Shown here piece by piece: positions 29,988-41,204 of a stretch of 64,000 bases of DNA. The notes under the pieces are model-generated. The model saw only the letters and a program-made list of their open reading frames with translations. It ran no database searches and was not told the DNA's origin. The position numbers and the translations under genes are program-made. Position 1 is the stretch's first letter. Each line of letters opens with the position of its first letter. This stretch comes from Candidatus Bipolaricaulota bacterium (GTDB lineage Bacteria; Bipolaricaulota; Bipolaricaulia; UBA7950; UBA9294), in the NCBI GenBank assembly GCA_040752575.1, contig JBFMGK010000027.1, positions 90,360 through 154,359 of the forward strand. The letters run 5' to 3'.

Positions 29988-31946
29988 CTAGCCCTTGTAC
30001 CCCACCGCTTTCTTCAGCTCCTCAACGGTTTCGGGATTGAGAAGCGTGGTCAGATCTCCGACGGGCTCGTCGCGCACGAGGGCCTTGAGAATCCGGCGCA
30101 TGATCTTCCCGCTCCGCGTCTTCGGCACGTCGTGGGCGAAGATGATCTCCTCGGGGCGTCCCGTCGGGCCGATCACCCGGTTCACCGTGGCGAGCAGGTC
30201 CTTGCGGATCTCCTCGGACGGCTCAATGCCCCTGCGCAGCAGGACGAAGGCCACGGGGACCTCGCCCTTCAGGTCATGCGGCTTCGACACGACAGCCACT
30301 TCGCTGACCTTGTCGTTCTGAGCGAGCGCGCTCTCGACCTCCGCCGTCGCCAACCGATGCCCGGCGACGTTCATCACGTCGTCGACACGGCCGGTGATGC
30401 GGAAGTTGCCCGTCTCGTCCTTGCGCGCGCCATCGCTCGTGAAGTACCGCTTCGGCCCGTAGTCCGAGAAGTACTGGTTCTTGAAGCGATCCATGTCGCC
30501 GTAGATGCCTCGCGTGAGGGAAGGCGGGAACGGATCGAAGATCGCGAGGTATCCGCCCTCGCCGACTTTCAGCGGTTGGCCTCCCGAGTCGAGGATGTCG
30601 CCCAGAATGCCGGGGAAGCCACGGCCCGCGACCGTCGGGATGAACGGCCCAATGCCGGGCAGGTTGTTAACCATGTTCGCCCCGGTCTCCGTCTGCCACC
30701 ACGTGTCGATGATCGGGCAGCGCCCGCCGCCAATGTGCTCGAAGTACCACATCCAAGCGTCGACGTTGATCGGCTCGCCGACCGTGCCGAGGATGCGGAG
30801 GCTCGAGAGATCGTGCTTCGCCGGCCACTCGTCGCCTTGCTTGAGCAGCATGCGAATGAGGGTCGGTGCCGTGTAGAGCTGCGTGATCTTGTGCCGCTCG
30901 ATGATGTCCCACATCCGGCCGTAGTCGGGCATGTCGGGCGAGCCCTCGTACATGAACGACGTGACGCCGTTCATCAGCGGCCCGTAGTTGATGTAGGTGT
31001 GTCCAGTCACCCAACCGACGTCGGCCGTGCACCAATAGATGTCGCCTGGGTGCATGTCGAAGTTCCACTTCGCCGTCGCGTAAGACTGAACAGCGTAGCC
31101 GCCGGTCGTGTGCATGATGCCCTTCGGCTTGCCCGTCGTGCCCGAAGTGTAGAGCAGGAACGAGAGATGTTCCGAGTCGAGTTCCTCGGCCGGGCACTCG
31201 GCGGAGGCGGCGGCCACGAGTTCGTGGTACCACACATCGCGCCCGGCCTTCATGGAGACCGAGCCGTCAAGACGCTTCACGACCACGATCTTCTCGACCT
31301 TCGTCCCTTCGCACCCCAGTTCGGCGGCCTTCTTCAATTCAATGGCCTTGCCGCGGCGGTAGTACCCGTCGGCCGTGATGACGACTTTGGCTCCGGCATC
31401 GTCCATGCGGTCGCGGAGCGACTCCGGGCTGAAGGCCGAGAACACGACACTGTGGGGAGCACCAATGCGGGCGCAGGCCTGCATCGCAATGACCGCTTCC
31501 GGAATCATCGGCATGTAGATCCCCACGCGATCGCCCTTCTTCACGCCGAGGGACTTCAAGCCGTTGGCGAACTTGCAGACGCGCTCGTGGAGTTCCTTGT
31601 AGGTGAGGCGAACCACCTTCTCGTCCAGAGGTTCGGGCTCCCAGATGATGGCCAGGCGATCCCCATGGCCGGCCTTGATGTGGCGGTCGAGGGAGTTGTA
31701 CGAAAGGTTCGTCTTACCGCCGGTGAACCACTTGTAGGCGTGGGGAGCGAACTCGTACGCCTTGTCCCACTTCTTGAACCAGTGGAGTTCCTCGGCGAAC
31801 GTAGACCAGAACGCGACGGGGTCCGCCGCTGCCTGTGCGTAGATCGCCTCGTCGGAAACCCACGCGTGCTTCTTCATCTCATCCGTGGGCCAGAACACAT
31901 TCTCTCGCGTCGGGTCGCCCTTGACCCACCTCTTCGCCTCCGGCAC
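29988..31946 (-). CDS. acs: Acetyl-CoA synthetase (AMP-forming)
   Basis: [47 protein letters not shown]; GTG start after GGAGG. Confidence 0.94.
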   Translation of the reverse strand: MPEAKRWVKGDPTRENVFWPTDEMKKHAWVSDEAIYAQAAADPVAFWSTFAEELHWFKKWDKAYEFAPHAYKWFTGGKTNLSYNSLDRHIKAGHGDRLAIIWEPEPLDEKVVRLTYKELHERVCKFANGLKSLGVKKGDRVGIYMPMIPEAVIAMQACARIGAPHSVVFSAFSPESLRDRMDDAGAKVVITADGYYRRGKAIELKKAAELGCEGTKVEKIVVVKRLDGSVSMKAGRDVWYHELVAAASAECPAEELDSEHLSFLLYTSGTTGKPKGIMHTTGGYAVQSYATAKWNFDMHPGDIYWCTADVGWVTGHTYINYGPLMNGVTSFMYEGSPDMPDYGRMWDIIERHKITQLYTAPTLIRMLLKQGDEWPAKHDLSSLRILGTVGEPINVDAWMWYFEHIGGGRCPIIDTWWQTETGANMVNNLPGIGPFIPTVAGRGFPGILGDILDSGGQPLKVGEGGYLAIFDPFPPSLTRGIYGDMDRFKNQYFSDYGPKRYFTSDGARKDETGNFRITGRVDDVMNVAGHRLATAEVESALAQNDKVSEVAVVSKPHDLKGEVPVAFVLLRRGIEPSEEIRKDLLATVNRVIGPTGRPEEIIFAHDVPKTRSGKIMRRILKALVRDEPVGDLTTLLNPETVEELKKAVGYKG

Positions 31947-31989
31947 GGTGTGACCTCCTGTTTGCCCCATGGGAAAGAAGATGGCGCCG

Positions 31990-32018
31990 AGTCTATCGAA
32001 AGGGGGGCCCGTCTTCAA
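31990..32018 (-). promoter_or_regulatory. Putative acs promoter
   Basis: TTGAAG-N17-TAGACT on the minus strand. Confidence 0.55.
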
Positions 32019-32566
32019 CGCGAGATGACGAGTGGCGGCGTGAGCTTGTAGAGAAAGGGGAGTCGAAGGTAGGCGCGGTAGGCGGGGAGGGCTCGGAGGA
32101 CGCGTCTCACATAGGCAGCGGTCTCCGAGAAGGGCGCTTCGCCCGTCTTGCGCCACTCGGCGACGCGTGTCGGTCCTGCGTTGTAGGCCATCAGAGCCGT
32201 CGAAACGTCGCCGAACCGATCGAGCATGTCGCGCAGGTACTCCGTACCCAGGCGAACGTTGGTCTCGGGGTCGAGGAGATCCTGGATCGGCGTGCCGAGG
32301 TCGGCGGCGACGGCGCATGCCGTCTCTTCCATCAGCTGCATGAGGCCGAGAGCGCCCCGGGCGGATCGCGCGTCGCTACGAAAGCGGCTCTCGGCGCGGA
32401 TCACCGCCATCACCAAAGCAGGGTCAAGCCCGCGGAGGGACGCCTCGCGAACCACGAGGTCCACGTGTGCGATGGGGTAGAGGACGCGGAATGCCATCGC
32501 CCCGAGAAACAGGACACTGCATGCGGCGAGTCCGACGAAGACGACACGTCGCGAGAGGCGGCGCAT
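32015..32566 (-). CDS. Lytic transglycosylase (SLT domain) with N-terminal anchor
   Basis: [22 protein letters not shown]. Confidence 0.92.
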   Translation of the reverse strand: MRRLSRRVVFVGLAACSVLFLGAMAFRVLYPIAHVDLVVREASLRGLDPALVMAVIRAESRFRSDARSARGALGLMQLMEETACAVAADLGTPIQDLLDPETNVRLGTEYLRDMLDRFGDVSTALMAYNAGPTRVAEWRKTGEAPFSETAAYVRRVLRALPAYRAYLRLPFLYKLTPPLVISR

Positions 32567-32628
32567 GTCCGCATCGTACGCGAATCCTCTATAATCGGCG
32601 AGCCCGAACGGCGGGCGAAATGGGGGGC

Positions 32629-33318
32629 ATGAGGCGATTCATTCTCTGGCTGCGTGCCACGTTTCTCAGCGGGCTCCTGGCGCTTCTGCCGCTGGGGGCG
32701 ACGGTCTACATCGTCTGGGGCCTCTACGCCTTGCTCGATGGCTTGATGGGCCGCGGGCGGCCGATCGGCGATGCGATCGAACGAGCGATCGGACGCGAGA
32801 TCCCCGGCCTGGGGATCGTCGTCCTCGTGGCCCTTGTGTTGACGATCGGCGTCATCACGCGCAACATCGTTGGGCGGACAGTTCATGAGTACTTCGAGCG
32901 CCTCTTCTTTTCGGTCCCCGGCGTACGACGGATCTATGGGACGCTGAAGCAGTTCGCGGGTGCGTTGCTCGGAGACGACGGGGCGGCATCGTTCTCGCGC
33001 GTCGTGATGTTCGAGTATCCAAAGCCGGGGGTGTACGCATTGGGCCTGGTCACGAACGAACACCTGGGAAAGCTCGAGGACGTCGCCGGCGAGGAGTGCG
33101 TCATGGTTTACCTGCCCACGGTGCCGAATCCGCTGTCGGGCTTGATGCTTGTCGTGCCGCGCCGGCTGGTCCAGCACGTCGACATGGGCGTCGAGGAGGC
33201 GCTGTCGATGATTGTGTCGAGCGGATCCGTGCTTCCGGATCGACTGACAGGCCGGGCGACGGACCCGTCGGCGGAGGCTCAAAGCGCCTCCCGCCGTAAG
33301 TCGAAGAGGAAGGGATAA
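32629..33318 (+). CDS. DUF502 family membrane protein
   Basis: FLSGLLALLPL, VPGVRRIYGTLKQ, EYPKPG, YLPTVPNPLSG, IVSSG; TATAAT at 32590-32595. Confidence 0.88.
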   Translation: MRRFILWLRATFLSGLLALLPLGATVYIVWGLYALLDGLMGRGRPIGDAIERAIGREIPGLGIVVLVALVLTIGVITRNIVGRTVHEYFERLFFSVPGVRRIYGTLKQFAGALLGDDGAASFSRVVMFEYPKPGVYALGLVTNEHLGKLEDVAGEECVMVYLPTVPNPLSGLMLVVPRRLVQHVDMGVEEALSMIVSSGSVLPDRLTGRATDPSAEAQSASRRKSKRKG

Positions 33319-33320
33319 CG

Positions 33321-34163
33321 ATGTCCCTGTTCAAAGAGCGCCAGTACTTGCGGATCCGAATGGATCGCGATGCCGACGACAGCCTGTGGATGAAGTGCAC
33401 GTCGTGCGGTGAGATGGTCTTCAAGCGCCGGGTGCGGGAGAACAACAACGTATGTCCCAACTGCGGGGAGTACTTCTTCCTGACGGCCCCGGAGCGCGTC
33501 GAGTCGCTGCTCGATCCTGGGAGCATCGAGGACATCACGAAGCCGATCGTAACGAATGATCCCCTGGGCTTCTCCGACGCTCAGCCCTACGCTGCACGGG
33601 TCGCGGAGGCGCAGGAGCTGACGTCGCTCGGGGATGCGATCGTCGTCGCGCGCGGGGCGATCGAAGGGATTCCCGTCGTACTCGGTGCGATGGACTTTCG
33701 GTTCATCGGGGGAAGCATGGGTTGCGTCATGGGCGAGCAGATCTGCCATGCCATCGAGACCGCGATCAGCCGCCGCGCCGGGTTCGTCCTCATCTCTTCG
33801 TCGGGTGGGGCGCGGATCCAGGAGGGCACCCTGTCCTTGTTCCAGATGGCGAAGACCGTCTCGAGTCGTCGTCAGCTCGCGGAAGCCCGATTGCCGTTTG
33901 TCTCCGTGATGACGTACCCGACGTCCGGAGGGGTTCAGGCGTCCATCGCCTCGCTGGGGGACGTCCTGATCGCGGAACGTGGCGCCCTGATTGGATTCGC
34001 CGGGCGGCGCGTGATTCAGCAGACGATTGCCCAGGAGCTGCCTGCTCACTTCCAGACCGAGGCGTTTGCCTTGGAGCGCGGGCAGATCGACCGAGTCGTG
34101 CGACGAGAAGACCTGCGAAGTGAGCTCGCGTTGGCGCTTGGCTTCTTCATGGAGGCGCGATGA
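33321..34163 (+). CDS. accD: Acetyl-CoA carboxylase carboxyltransferase beta subunit
   Basis: LWMKCTSC..CPNC zinc finger, MDFRFIGGSMG, SGGARIQEG, LIGFAGRRVI. Confidence 0.95.
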   Translation: MSLFKERQYLRIRMDRDADDSLWMKCTSCGEMVFKRRVRENNNVCPNCGEYFFLTAPERVESLLDPGSIEDITKPIVTNDPLGFSDAQPYAARVAEAQELTSLGDAIVVARGAIEGIPVVLGAMDFRFIGGSMGCVMGEQICHAIETAISRRAGFVLISSSGGARIQEGTLSLFQMAKTVSSRRQLAEARLPFVSVMTYPTSGGVQASIASLGDVLIAERGALIGFAGRRVIQQTIAQELPAHFQTEAFALERGQIDRVVRREDLRSELALALGFFMEAR

Positions 34164-35119
34164 GCGACGAACGGTCCCTGGACCTGCTCGAAGCGAAGAT
34201 CGAGGAACTGAGGCAGCTTGAGGCTGCAGGGGGAATCGACCTCTCGGGCGAGATCGTACGCCTGGAGGAGAAGCTCGCGACGTTGCGTCGGTCCCACTAC
34301 GAGAGCCTCGACGATTGGGAACGCGTCAAACTTGCGCGCCACGCGAAACGTCCCTATGCACTCGACTACATTGAGCGCGTCTTCGAGGGCTTCTACGAGC
34401 TGCGCGGTGACCGCATCTACGGCGACGATCGGGCCCTCTTGACGGGAATCGCGCGCCTTGCCGGGCGCTCCGTCGTGGTCCTTGCCCAGCAGAAAGGGCG
34501 AACGACCGAAGAGAACCGCGAGCGCTACTTCGGGATGCCCCGCCCGCAGGGGTTCCGCAAAGCGCGGCGGGCTATCGATCTGGCAGACCGATTTCGCTTC
34601 CCGGTCGTCTCGCTTGTCGATACCGCGGGTGCGTACCCGGGGCTCGAGGCGGAAGAACTCAATGTCGGCGCGACGATTGCCGAATCCCTGGAGGCGATGG
34701 CTGGGGTACGGGTTCCGACGGTTTCCGTGGTCCTGGGCGAGGGCGGATCGGGCGGGGCGCTCGCCATCGCGGCGGCCGACTGCATCTTGATGCTCGAGAA
34801 CGCGATCTTCTCGGTGATCACGCCCGAGGGGGCCGCGGCCATCCTCTGGAAGGACAAGGACAAGGCGAAGCAAGCCGCGGCAGCGTTGCAGATGACCGCG
34901 GACCGACTGCTTGCGCTGGACCTGATTGACGGTGTGCTGGCCGAGCCGCTCGGCGGAGCGCACAAGGATCCGGTGCGCATGGCGGAGACGCTGAAGGCGG
35001 AACTTCTGCGCAGACTGGACGCTTTGTCCGCCCTGCCGATCGACGAACTCCTGGCGCGGCGGCGGACTCGCTACCGCAATGTGGGACAGTACAGCCTGGC
35101 GACGGGGGCCGAGGGATGA
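34160..35119 (+). CDS. accA: Acetyl-CoA carboxylase carboxyltransferase alpha subunit
   Basis: LARHAKRP, FGMPRPQGFRKA, DTAGAYPG, GEGGSGGALA, EPLGGAH. Confidence 0.95.
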   Translation: MSDERSLDLLEAKIEELRQLEAAGGIDLSGEIVRLEEKLATLRRSHYESLDDWERVKLARHAKRPYALDYIERVFEGFYELRGDRIYGDDRALLTGIARLAGRSVVVLAQQKGRTTEENRERYFGMPRPQGFRKARRAIDLADRFRFPVVSLVDTAGAYPGLEAEELNVGATIAESLEAMAGVRVPTVSVVLGEGGSGGALAIAAADCILMLENAIFSVITPEGAAAILWKDKDKAKQAAAALQMTADRLLALDLIDGVLAEPLGGAHKDPVRMAETLKAELLRRLDALSALPIDELLARRRTRYRNVGQYSLATGAEG

Positions 35120-35601
35120 AGCGTCTCCTGCTGGGCGTGGGAAACCGGCTCGGCGGCGACGATGGCATCGGGCCCGCTCTGGCGGCGCAGCTCTCGGGAG
35201 CCGCGGGCTGGCAGACGGTTGACTGCGGCGTTGCGGTGGAGAACGCATGCGGGATCGTCGCGCGCGAGGCGCCCGATCTCCTCGTCGTCGTCGACGCTGC
35301 CCGGATGGGCCTCTCTCCGGGAGCAGTGCGGCGGGTACCGATCGAGGCCACGGAGCGACTCCTCGTATCGACGCACGCTCTTCCGTTGTCGTTTCTGTGG
35401 CCGCGACTCACGGGCGGCGCGCGCCGCACCGTGTTCCTCGGAGTCGAGCCCGCAACCCTCGCCTTGGGGGAAGGGCTCTCGCCGGACGTCGCTTCGGCGC
35501 TCGAGGTTCTTGAGCGCGCCCTGCGGGCCGGAGATCTCGAGACGATACCCGTCCTATCCCCCTCTTGCTTCAACCCTAGCCGGACCGAGCTGCCGGGCTG
35601 A
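35116..35601 (+). CDS. Hydrogenase maturation endopeptidase (HycI-like)
   Basis: LLGVGNRLGGDDGIG, VVVDAA, STHALPL; ATGA-coupled to accA. Confidence 0.85.
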   Translation: MKRLLLGVGNRLGGDDGIGPALAAQLSGAAGWQTVDCGVAVENACGIVAREAPDLLVVVDAARMGLSPGAVRRVPIEATERLLVSTHALPLSFLWPRLTGGARRTVFLGVEPATLALGEGLSPDVASALEVLERALRAGDLETIPVLSPSCFNPSRTELPG

Positions 35602-36811
35602 CCTCGCCGGCCGAGTCCCGACCGCGGCCAAAGAACCAGGCCGTCATGACGCTGGCGGTGACGTAGAACGCAGCCGTCAAGACGAACAGCGGCGTGAAGC
35701 CGATCGATCCCTGAAGCTGCCCGCTCACCCATGCGGAGAGTGCCCAGCCCAGATTCCACGCGAGCATGAGGAGACTGGCCGCCAACGGCCGAACGGAAGC
35801 TGGAACCACGGTCATGGAGAAGGCGGCGAAGATCGGGGAACTCATATTCATCAGCGCCGTGCGAGCGAGGAAGCATCCCGCAGAGGCCGCGAACCCTGGA
35901 ACGAGGGCCATCGCCAGAAGGAGAGGAATCGACGCGAGCTGGCTCGCGACGACGGCCCGGATCCTTCCGAAACGCCGGGCGAGGCCTGGCGAGGCGAGCG
36001 CAGCGCAGCCGGTCAGGAACGAGGACAGCGCGAACACGGTGCCGAGGAGATCGTCCGGGACGGCAAAGCGGAGTCGGAAGAAGACGTTGAGGAACGGCAT
36101 CGTCAACCCTGCGCCCAGCGCGCCGACCAGCTGTACTGCGAACAGCGCTGCCAGAATGTGTTTGTGGGATCGCCAGGCCGCGACATGGAGGCGCTCGTCT
36201 TCGCGCTGCGAGACGGCGCGGAGCCGCGACAAGGGAAGCAGGGCGGCGAGCGTGAGGGCGGCGGCGACAAAGAGAAGGGCACGATAGCCGTCTCGATCGG
36301 GGCGGCCGCCCTCGACGAGCCATCGGGCGGCAAACCCTCCAAACAGGCTCGCCGCGACGCTGGCGAAGGTGCTCACGGCAAACTGGAGGCCGAACAGACG
36401 GGTTCTGGAGCCGATCGGTGTGGCGCTCATCATGAGCGGGGACGACACCACGGAGAGCAGGACCGATCCGACGCCCGAGGCAACCGCCGCTCCGACCAAG
36501 ACGGGCGCAGCGGGCCAAGATGCCCAGGCCAGCAGCGCGAGCGCAAGCAGGATCGTGCCGAGAAGAAGAGACCGACGAAAGCCTAGTCGCGGAAGCACGA
36601 TGCCGATCGGAATGGCGCTCAAAGCGGTGACCAGCGCTGGGAGGGCGGCGAGAAGCCCCACAAGCGCACGGTCATAGCCGAGCGAGAGAACGTAGAGATT
36701 GAAGAACAGGTACAGGAGACCGGAACCGAAGCCTAGGCATGCTGTCGCCAGAAGGTATCTTCGGCCATCCGCCGAGATGTGGACGGCAGGAGCGGCGAGC
36801 CGAAAGATCAC
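35576..36811 (-). CDS. MFS transporter
   Basis: ~12 hydrophobic segments, [22 protein letters not shown]; GTG start overlaps the tkt stop (GTGA). Confidence 0.85.
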   Translation of the reverse strand: MIFRLAAPAVHISADGRRYLLATACLGFGSGLLYLFFNLYVLSLGYDRALVGLLAALPALVTALSAIPIGIVLPRLGFRRSLLLGTILLALALLAWASWPAAPVLVGAAVASGVGSVLLSVVSSPLMMSATPIGSRTRLFGLQFAVSTFASVAASLFGGFAARWLVEGGRPDRDGYRALLFVAAALTLAALLPLSRLRAVSQREDERLHVAAWRSHKHILAALFAVQLVGALGAGLTMPFLNVFFRLRFAVPDDLLGTVFALSSFLTGCAALASPGLARRFGRIRAVVASQLASIPLLLAMALVPGFAASAGCFLARTALMNMSSPIFAAFSMTVVPASVRPLAASLLMLAWNLGWALSAWVSGQLQGSIGFTPLFVLTAAFYVTASVMTAWFFGRGRDSAGEVSPAARSG

Positions 36812-38871
36812 GTCGTGTCTTTGGAGGCGAGCAAGCTCCGTGCCGCGGCGAGGACGGCCTCGGTGCTGAACCCGAAGTGCTCGAGCACTTCGCCGCCCGG
36901 GCCGCAGGCTCCGAAGCGATCCACGCCCAGGGCCATCCCTCCGGCAAGCATCTCGCCCCATCCGGACGTCCGCCCTGCTTCGACGACCAGCCGGGCTCGC
37001 ACTTGGCTCGAAAGGACCGTCTCGCGATATGCAGCCGGCTGGCGCTGGAACAGCTCAATGCTCGGCATCGAGACGACCCGGGCAGCGTGCCCCTCCTCGC
37101 AGAGCCGGCGCGCGGCGGCGAGGGCGAGGGAGACCTCGGATCCCGTTGCGATGAGAAGGATCTCCGGGTCTGCGGACGACGACCACAAGACGTACCCGCC
37201 GCGTCTCACTTCGTCGGCCGATTCGACGAGAGATCGATCGAACGTCGGCAACGCTTGGCGCGACAGCACGAGGGCGGTCGGTCCGTCGGTCCGTTCGAGC
37301 GCGATCCGCCAAGCAGCCACGGTTTCGTTGGCGTCCCCCGGCCGCAAGACGACGAGGTTGGGGATCAGGCGGAGGCTCATCAGGTGCTCGACGGGCTGAT
37401 GCGTGGGCCCATCCTCGCCGACGCCGATGGAGTCGTGGGTGAAGACAAAGACCGTTCGGCAGCCCGAAAGCGCTGCGATGCGCAGGGCAGGGCGGAGGTA
37501 GTCGGAGAAGACGAGGAACGTTGCGACGTATGGAATCAGGCCGCCGTGGGCGGCAAGGCCGTTCGCGATCGCTGCCATCGCATGCTCGCGCACGCCGAAG
37601 TGCAGGTTACGTCCCGCGTAGCCCCACGAGGCTCCCACGCGGCCCTGCACCCCTTCGGGAGAGGTCTCCGGCGCCTGTAGGTCTCCGGCGCCGCGGAGGG
37701 CCGTGAGGGTTGACGGGTTGAGGTCGGCCGCGCCTCCGACCAGTTCAGGGATTCGCGCGGCGAGAGCCTGCAGCGCGGCCTCTGACGCCTTGCGCGTCGC
37801 CATTCCGGTGGGGTCTTCTGGAAAGACCGGCAGGTCGTCGGTCCAGTCGTCGGGCAAGCGCCCTAGATGACGGCGGTCGAATTCGGCCGCGAGGTCGGCG
37901 AACTGCGCGCGGTAGACGGCATACGCCGCCACCCACTTCGCGCGGGCGGCCGCGCCGCGCGCTGCGGCCTCGAGACATGCCGCAGCGACATCTTCCGGAA
38001 CCAGGAATGGCGGCTCCTGGGGCCACCCCAGCGCCTGCTTTGCCGCGCGAACCTCCGACGGTCCAAGGGGCGCGCCGTGGGCCTCGAACGTATTCTGCTT
38101 GGAAGGGGCTCCGTACCCAATCACCGTCTTGACGATCAGCAGGGAAGGACGCGAGGTTTCGTCGACGGCCGCCCCGATGGCCGCGTCGAGCTCTTCGAGG
38201 TCGTTCCCGTCGCGCACCGTCAGGACATGCCAGCCTGCAGAAGCGAAGCGAAGCTCGACGTCTTCCGATGTCGAGAGCGAAGTCGATCCGGCGAGGCACA
38301 CGTCGTTGGCGTCATAGAGAACGACAAGGCGACCGAGGCGAAGGTGCCCGGCCAGCGCGCATGCCTCGTAGGAGATCCCCTCCATAAGATCGCCATCTCC
38401 AGCCAGGACGAACGTCCGGTGCCCAACCACCTCGCACCCCGGGCGGTTGAACGTCGCCGCGAGGTGGCGCTCCGCGATCGCCATGCCGACGGCGTTGGCC
38501 AACCCCTGCCCCAGGGGTCCGGTGGTGACCTCCACTCCCGGGGTGAGTCCACGTTCCGGATGTCCGGGCGTGCGCGAGCCCCACTGGCGGAACGCCTGCA
38601 GGTCCGCAAGGCTCAGGTCGTAGCCGAACAGGTGGAGGGCGGCGTAGAGAAGGGCTGACCCGTGCCCCGCCGAGAGCACGAAGCGGTCTCGATCGGGCCA
38701 GTCAGGATGCTGTGGATCGAAGCGCAGATGGCGAGACCAGAGAGCGTAGAGCATCGGCGCCGCGCCGAGGGGAAGCCCAGGGTGGCCGGACTTCGCGCGC
38801 TCGATCGCGTCGATGGACAGGAAGCGCAAGGCGCTGATGCAGCGGTCGTCGATGTCTGTTCTCGAGTGCAT
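36808..38871 (-). CDS. tkt: Transketolase
   Basis: [54 protein letters not shown]. Confidence 0.97.
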   Translation of the reverse strand: MHSRTDIDDRCISALRFLSIDAIERAKSGHPGLPLGAAPMLYALWSRHLRFDPQHPDWPDRDRFVLSAGHGSALLYAALHLFGYDLSLADLQAFRQWGSRTPGHPERGLTPGVEVTTGPLGQGLANAVGMAIAERHLAATFNRPGCEVVGHRTFVLAGDGDLMEGISYEACALAGHLRLGRLVVLYDANDVCLAGSTSLSTSEDVELRFASAGWHVLTVRDGNDLEELDAAIGAAVDETSRPSLLIVKTVIGYGAPSKQNTFEAHGAPLGPSEVRAAKQALGWPQEPPFLVPEDVAAACLEAAARGAAARAKWVAAYAVYRAQFADLAAEFDRRHLGRLPDDWTDDLPVFPEDPTGMATRKASEAALQALAARIPELVGGAADLNPSTLTALRGAGDLQAPETSPEGVQGRVGASWGYAGRNLHFGVREHAMAAIANGLAAHGGLIPYVATFLVFSDYLRPALRIAALSGCRTVFVFTHDSIGVGEDGPTHQPVEHLMSLRLIPNLVVLRPGDANETVAAWRIALERTDGPTALVLSRQALPTFDRSLVESADEVRRGGYVLWSSSADPEILLIATGSEVSLALAAARRLCEEGHAARVVSMPSIELFQRQPAAYRETVLSSQVRARLVVEAGRTSGWGEMLAGGMALGVDRFGACGPGGEVLEHFGFSTEAVLAAARSLLASKDTT

Positions 38872-39013
38872 GGTTCCTCCCCGCGTACGCCGCGCGTCGC
38901 CGACACTTTCGTTTCCCCTTCGACGCTTGTCAAGGACTGGCTTGCCGCCCGTCCCGCGTTCGATAGACTCTACCGACGGCGGTGAGGGTGCGTGGCCGCC
39001 GAGGAGGCAAGGG

Positions 39014-40018
39014 ATGCCGTTTTGTGGGGGATCAGAGCTGCATGACGCCTACAAGCAGGCTCGGCGGGGCGGCTACGCGTATATGGCGAACAACATCGCC
39101 GAGCCGAACACGCTGATCGGACTTCTCGAAGCGTACACGGCGGCGGGGTCCGACCTCCTCGTCCAGATCAGTCCGGGCGCCGCGAAGTACGCCGGCGCCG
39201 GGGACAAGATGGCGGGCTTGCGCGTGCTGTCAGGTCTCGTCAAGAATCTGGCCGCTCCGCGTGCGATTCGTGTGTTCGTCAATCTCGACCACTTCACACG
39301 CAACGAGATGGAACTCATCCAGGTAGCGATTGATGAGCGGCTCGTGTCGTCGATCATGATCGACGCGTCGCACGAGAGCTTCGAGGAGAACGCGAGGATC
39401 AGCCGCGAGGTCGTCGAGAGGGCCCGCGGGAGCGGCATTCTGGTCGAAGCGGAACTAGGGAAGATCCGAGGCGTCGAGGACGAGATCTCCTCCGACGATG
39501 CCTTCTATACCCAACCCGATGAGGCGGTCGAATTCGTGCGGTCCTCCGGCGCCGACCTCCTCGCGATTTCGATCGGAACCGAGCATGGAGTCTCCAAGGG
39601 GCGGAAGATCCGCCTGCGCGTCGATCTTGCGAAGGCCATCCAAGAGCGGCTTGCTGCGGCCGGGCTGGAGACGCCGCTCGTTCTGCATGGATCCTCGGGC
39701 CTCTTGATCGAACAGGTGCGCGAGGTCATCCGCTACGGCGTCTGCAAGCTGAACAAGGACACGCACTATCAGTACGTTTACAGCCGAGCGGCGTGCGAAT
39801 TCTACGTAAAGCACGCCGCGTCGATCCTCCCCCCTGCAGGCGTCGAGGACGATGTTGTCGACCTTTTCGCCGGGGGCGAGTGGAGTCCCGACAAGAAGCA
39901 CTTCGACCCGCGCGTCGCGGGCCGCGAAGTCCAGGAGAGGATTCGCTGGATCGCCGGTGAGCTCCTCAAGCAGGCGGGCAGCGCGGGGCACGGGCGAACA
40001 TCACCGCCCCCTTCTTGA
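39014..40018 (+). CDS. fba: Class II fructose-bisphosphate aldolase family
   Basis: [37 protein letters not shown]; GAGGAGG RBS; TTGCCG-N16-TAGACT upstream. Confidence 0.85.
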   Translation: MPFCGGSELHDAYKQARRGGYAYMANNIAEPNTLIGLLEAYTAAGSDLLVQISPGAAKYAGAGDKMAGLRVLSGLVKNLAAPRAIRVFVNLDHFTRNEMELIQVAIDERLVSSIMIDASHESFEENARISREVVERARGSGILVEAELGKIRGVEDEISSDDAFYTQPDEAVEFVRSSGADLLAISIGTEHGVSKGRKIRLRVDLAKAIQERLAAAGLETPLVLHGSSGLLIEQVREVIRYGVCKLNKDTHYQYVYSRAACEFYVKHAASILPPAGVEDDVVDLFAGGEWSPDKKHFDPRVAGREVQERIRWIAGELLKQAGSAGHGRTSPPPS

Positions 40019-40045
40019 GGGGGCGCAGGTGAGCGTCATCGCCTC

Positions 40046-41086
40046 TCAAGCGGACGGCGTCGATGCCTGGGTCTCGCGCAGGTAGCGCGCCGCATCTTCA
40101 GGCGGCATCGGGTTGATGTAGAAACCAGTTCCCCACTCGAAGCCCGCCACCTGCGTGAGACGGGGCAGAATGGCGATCCGCCAGTGGTAGTCGTACGGAA
40201 GCGTCGACCAATACCCCGGGCGTCCGGGACGCAGAACGGGGTTGGGAGCCGTCTTGAGGACGAAGTTGTACGGGACGTCTCCGAGGAGCGCCTTGAGCCG
40301 GCCGAGCGTGCGGATGAGGGCACGCGCGAGTCCCCATCTCTGCTCTTGGCTCAGCGATGTGAAGTCGTGCGAGTGCATCTTGGGGTAGATCACCAGTTCG
40401 AACGGAAAGCGCGAGTCGTAGGGAGCCCACACGACGTAACCGTCCGTGTCGTCGACGATGCGCTCGCCGCTGCGGAGTTCGCCGAGCATAATGTCGCAGT
40501 AGAGGCAACGTTCCTTCTTCTCGTAATAGGCGCGCGCCGTCTGCAACGAGTTACGGACCTCTTGCGGAACGATGGGCGTCGCGATGATCTGCGAGTGGGG
40601 ATGCGCGAGCGATGCTCCCGCCTCGCGTCCGTGGTTCTTGAACAGGAGGACGTACCGAAACCACGGGTTGCGCATGAGGTCGATGATGCGGCTGATGTAC
40701 GCGTCCACGACGAGCTTCACCTGGTCCTCGCTCATCTCGGGAATCCCCGCGTTGTGATCCGGAGTCTCGATCACGACCTCGTGGGCTCCCACGCCGTGCA
40801 TGCGATCGAACACTCCGTCGACCGACTCGCGGCCCAGCTCGTGGTAGTCGTGAAGGGCGGCGTACTTGTTCGGGATCACCCGGACGCGCCAGCCTTGGGG
40901 ACCGGAGATGCGTGCGATCTCGGGAGGTGTCATCGCCTCGTTGCCGAGGCAGAAGGGACAGGTCGCCGCTCTCTCGGGCGTTTCGGCCGGAGAAGCCTTG
41001 CGCTCGAAGTCCGAGGGGCGCTTCGCTCGTTCCGGAGCGACGATAACCCAGCGGTTGCTTGTCGGACCGCGTCGTAGTTCTGGCAT
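40046..41086 (-). CDS. galT: GalT-family (HIT) sugar-1-phosphate nucleotidyltransferase
   Basis: ELRR..WVIVAPERAKRP, CPFC..NE, HEVVIETPDH, GASLAHPHSQ, GFEWGTG. Confidence 0.85.
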   Translation of the reverse strand: MPELRRGPTSNRWVIVAPERAKRPSDFERKASPAETPERAATCPFCLGNEAMTPPEIARISGPQGWRVRVIPNKYAALHDYHELGRESVDGVFDRMHGVGAHEVVIETPDHNAGIPEMSEDQVKLVVDAYISRIIDLMRNPWFRYVLLFKNHGREAGASLAHPHSQIIATPIVPQEVRNSLQTARAYYEKKERCLYCDIMLGELRSGERIVDDTDGYVVWAPYDSRFPFELVIYPKMHSHDFTSLSQEQRWGLARALIRTLGRLKALLGDVPYNFVLKTAPNPVLRPGRPGYWSTLPYDYHWRIAILPRLTQVAGFEWGTGFYINPMPPEDAARYLRETQASTPSA

Positions 41087-41156
41087 GTCTTTCCTTTTCC
41101 GGTCAGAAGAGTCGTCTCGATTCTACCTTAGTCGGGCACGCGCCTCACGCGTTGGG

Positions 41157-41185
41157 TTGACGGTTCCACGCCGCGTGTCGATACT
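41157..41185 (+). promoter_or_regulatory. Putative glgA promoter
   Basis: TTGACG-N17-GATACT followed by AGGAGGTG RBS. Confidence 0.5.
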
Positions 41186-41204
41186 TCTTTCAGGAGGTGA
41201 AGGA

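Noticed and set aside
29829-32051. 740-aa plus-strand ORF
   Set aside because: Exact antisense of acs; shadow ORF
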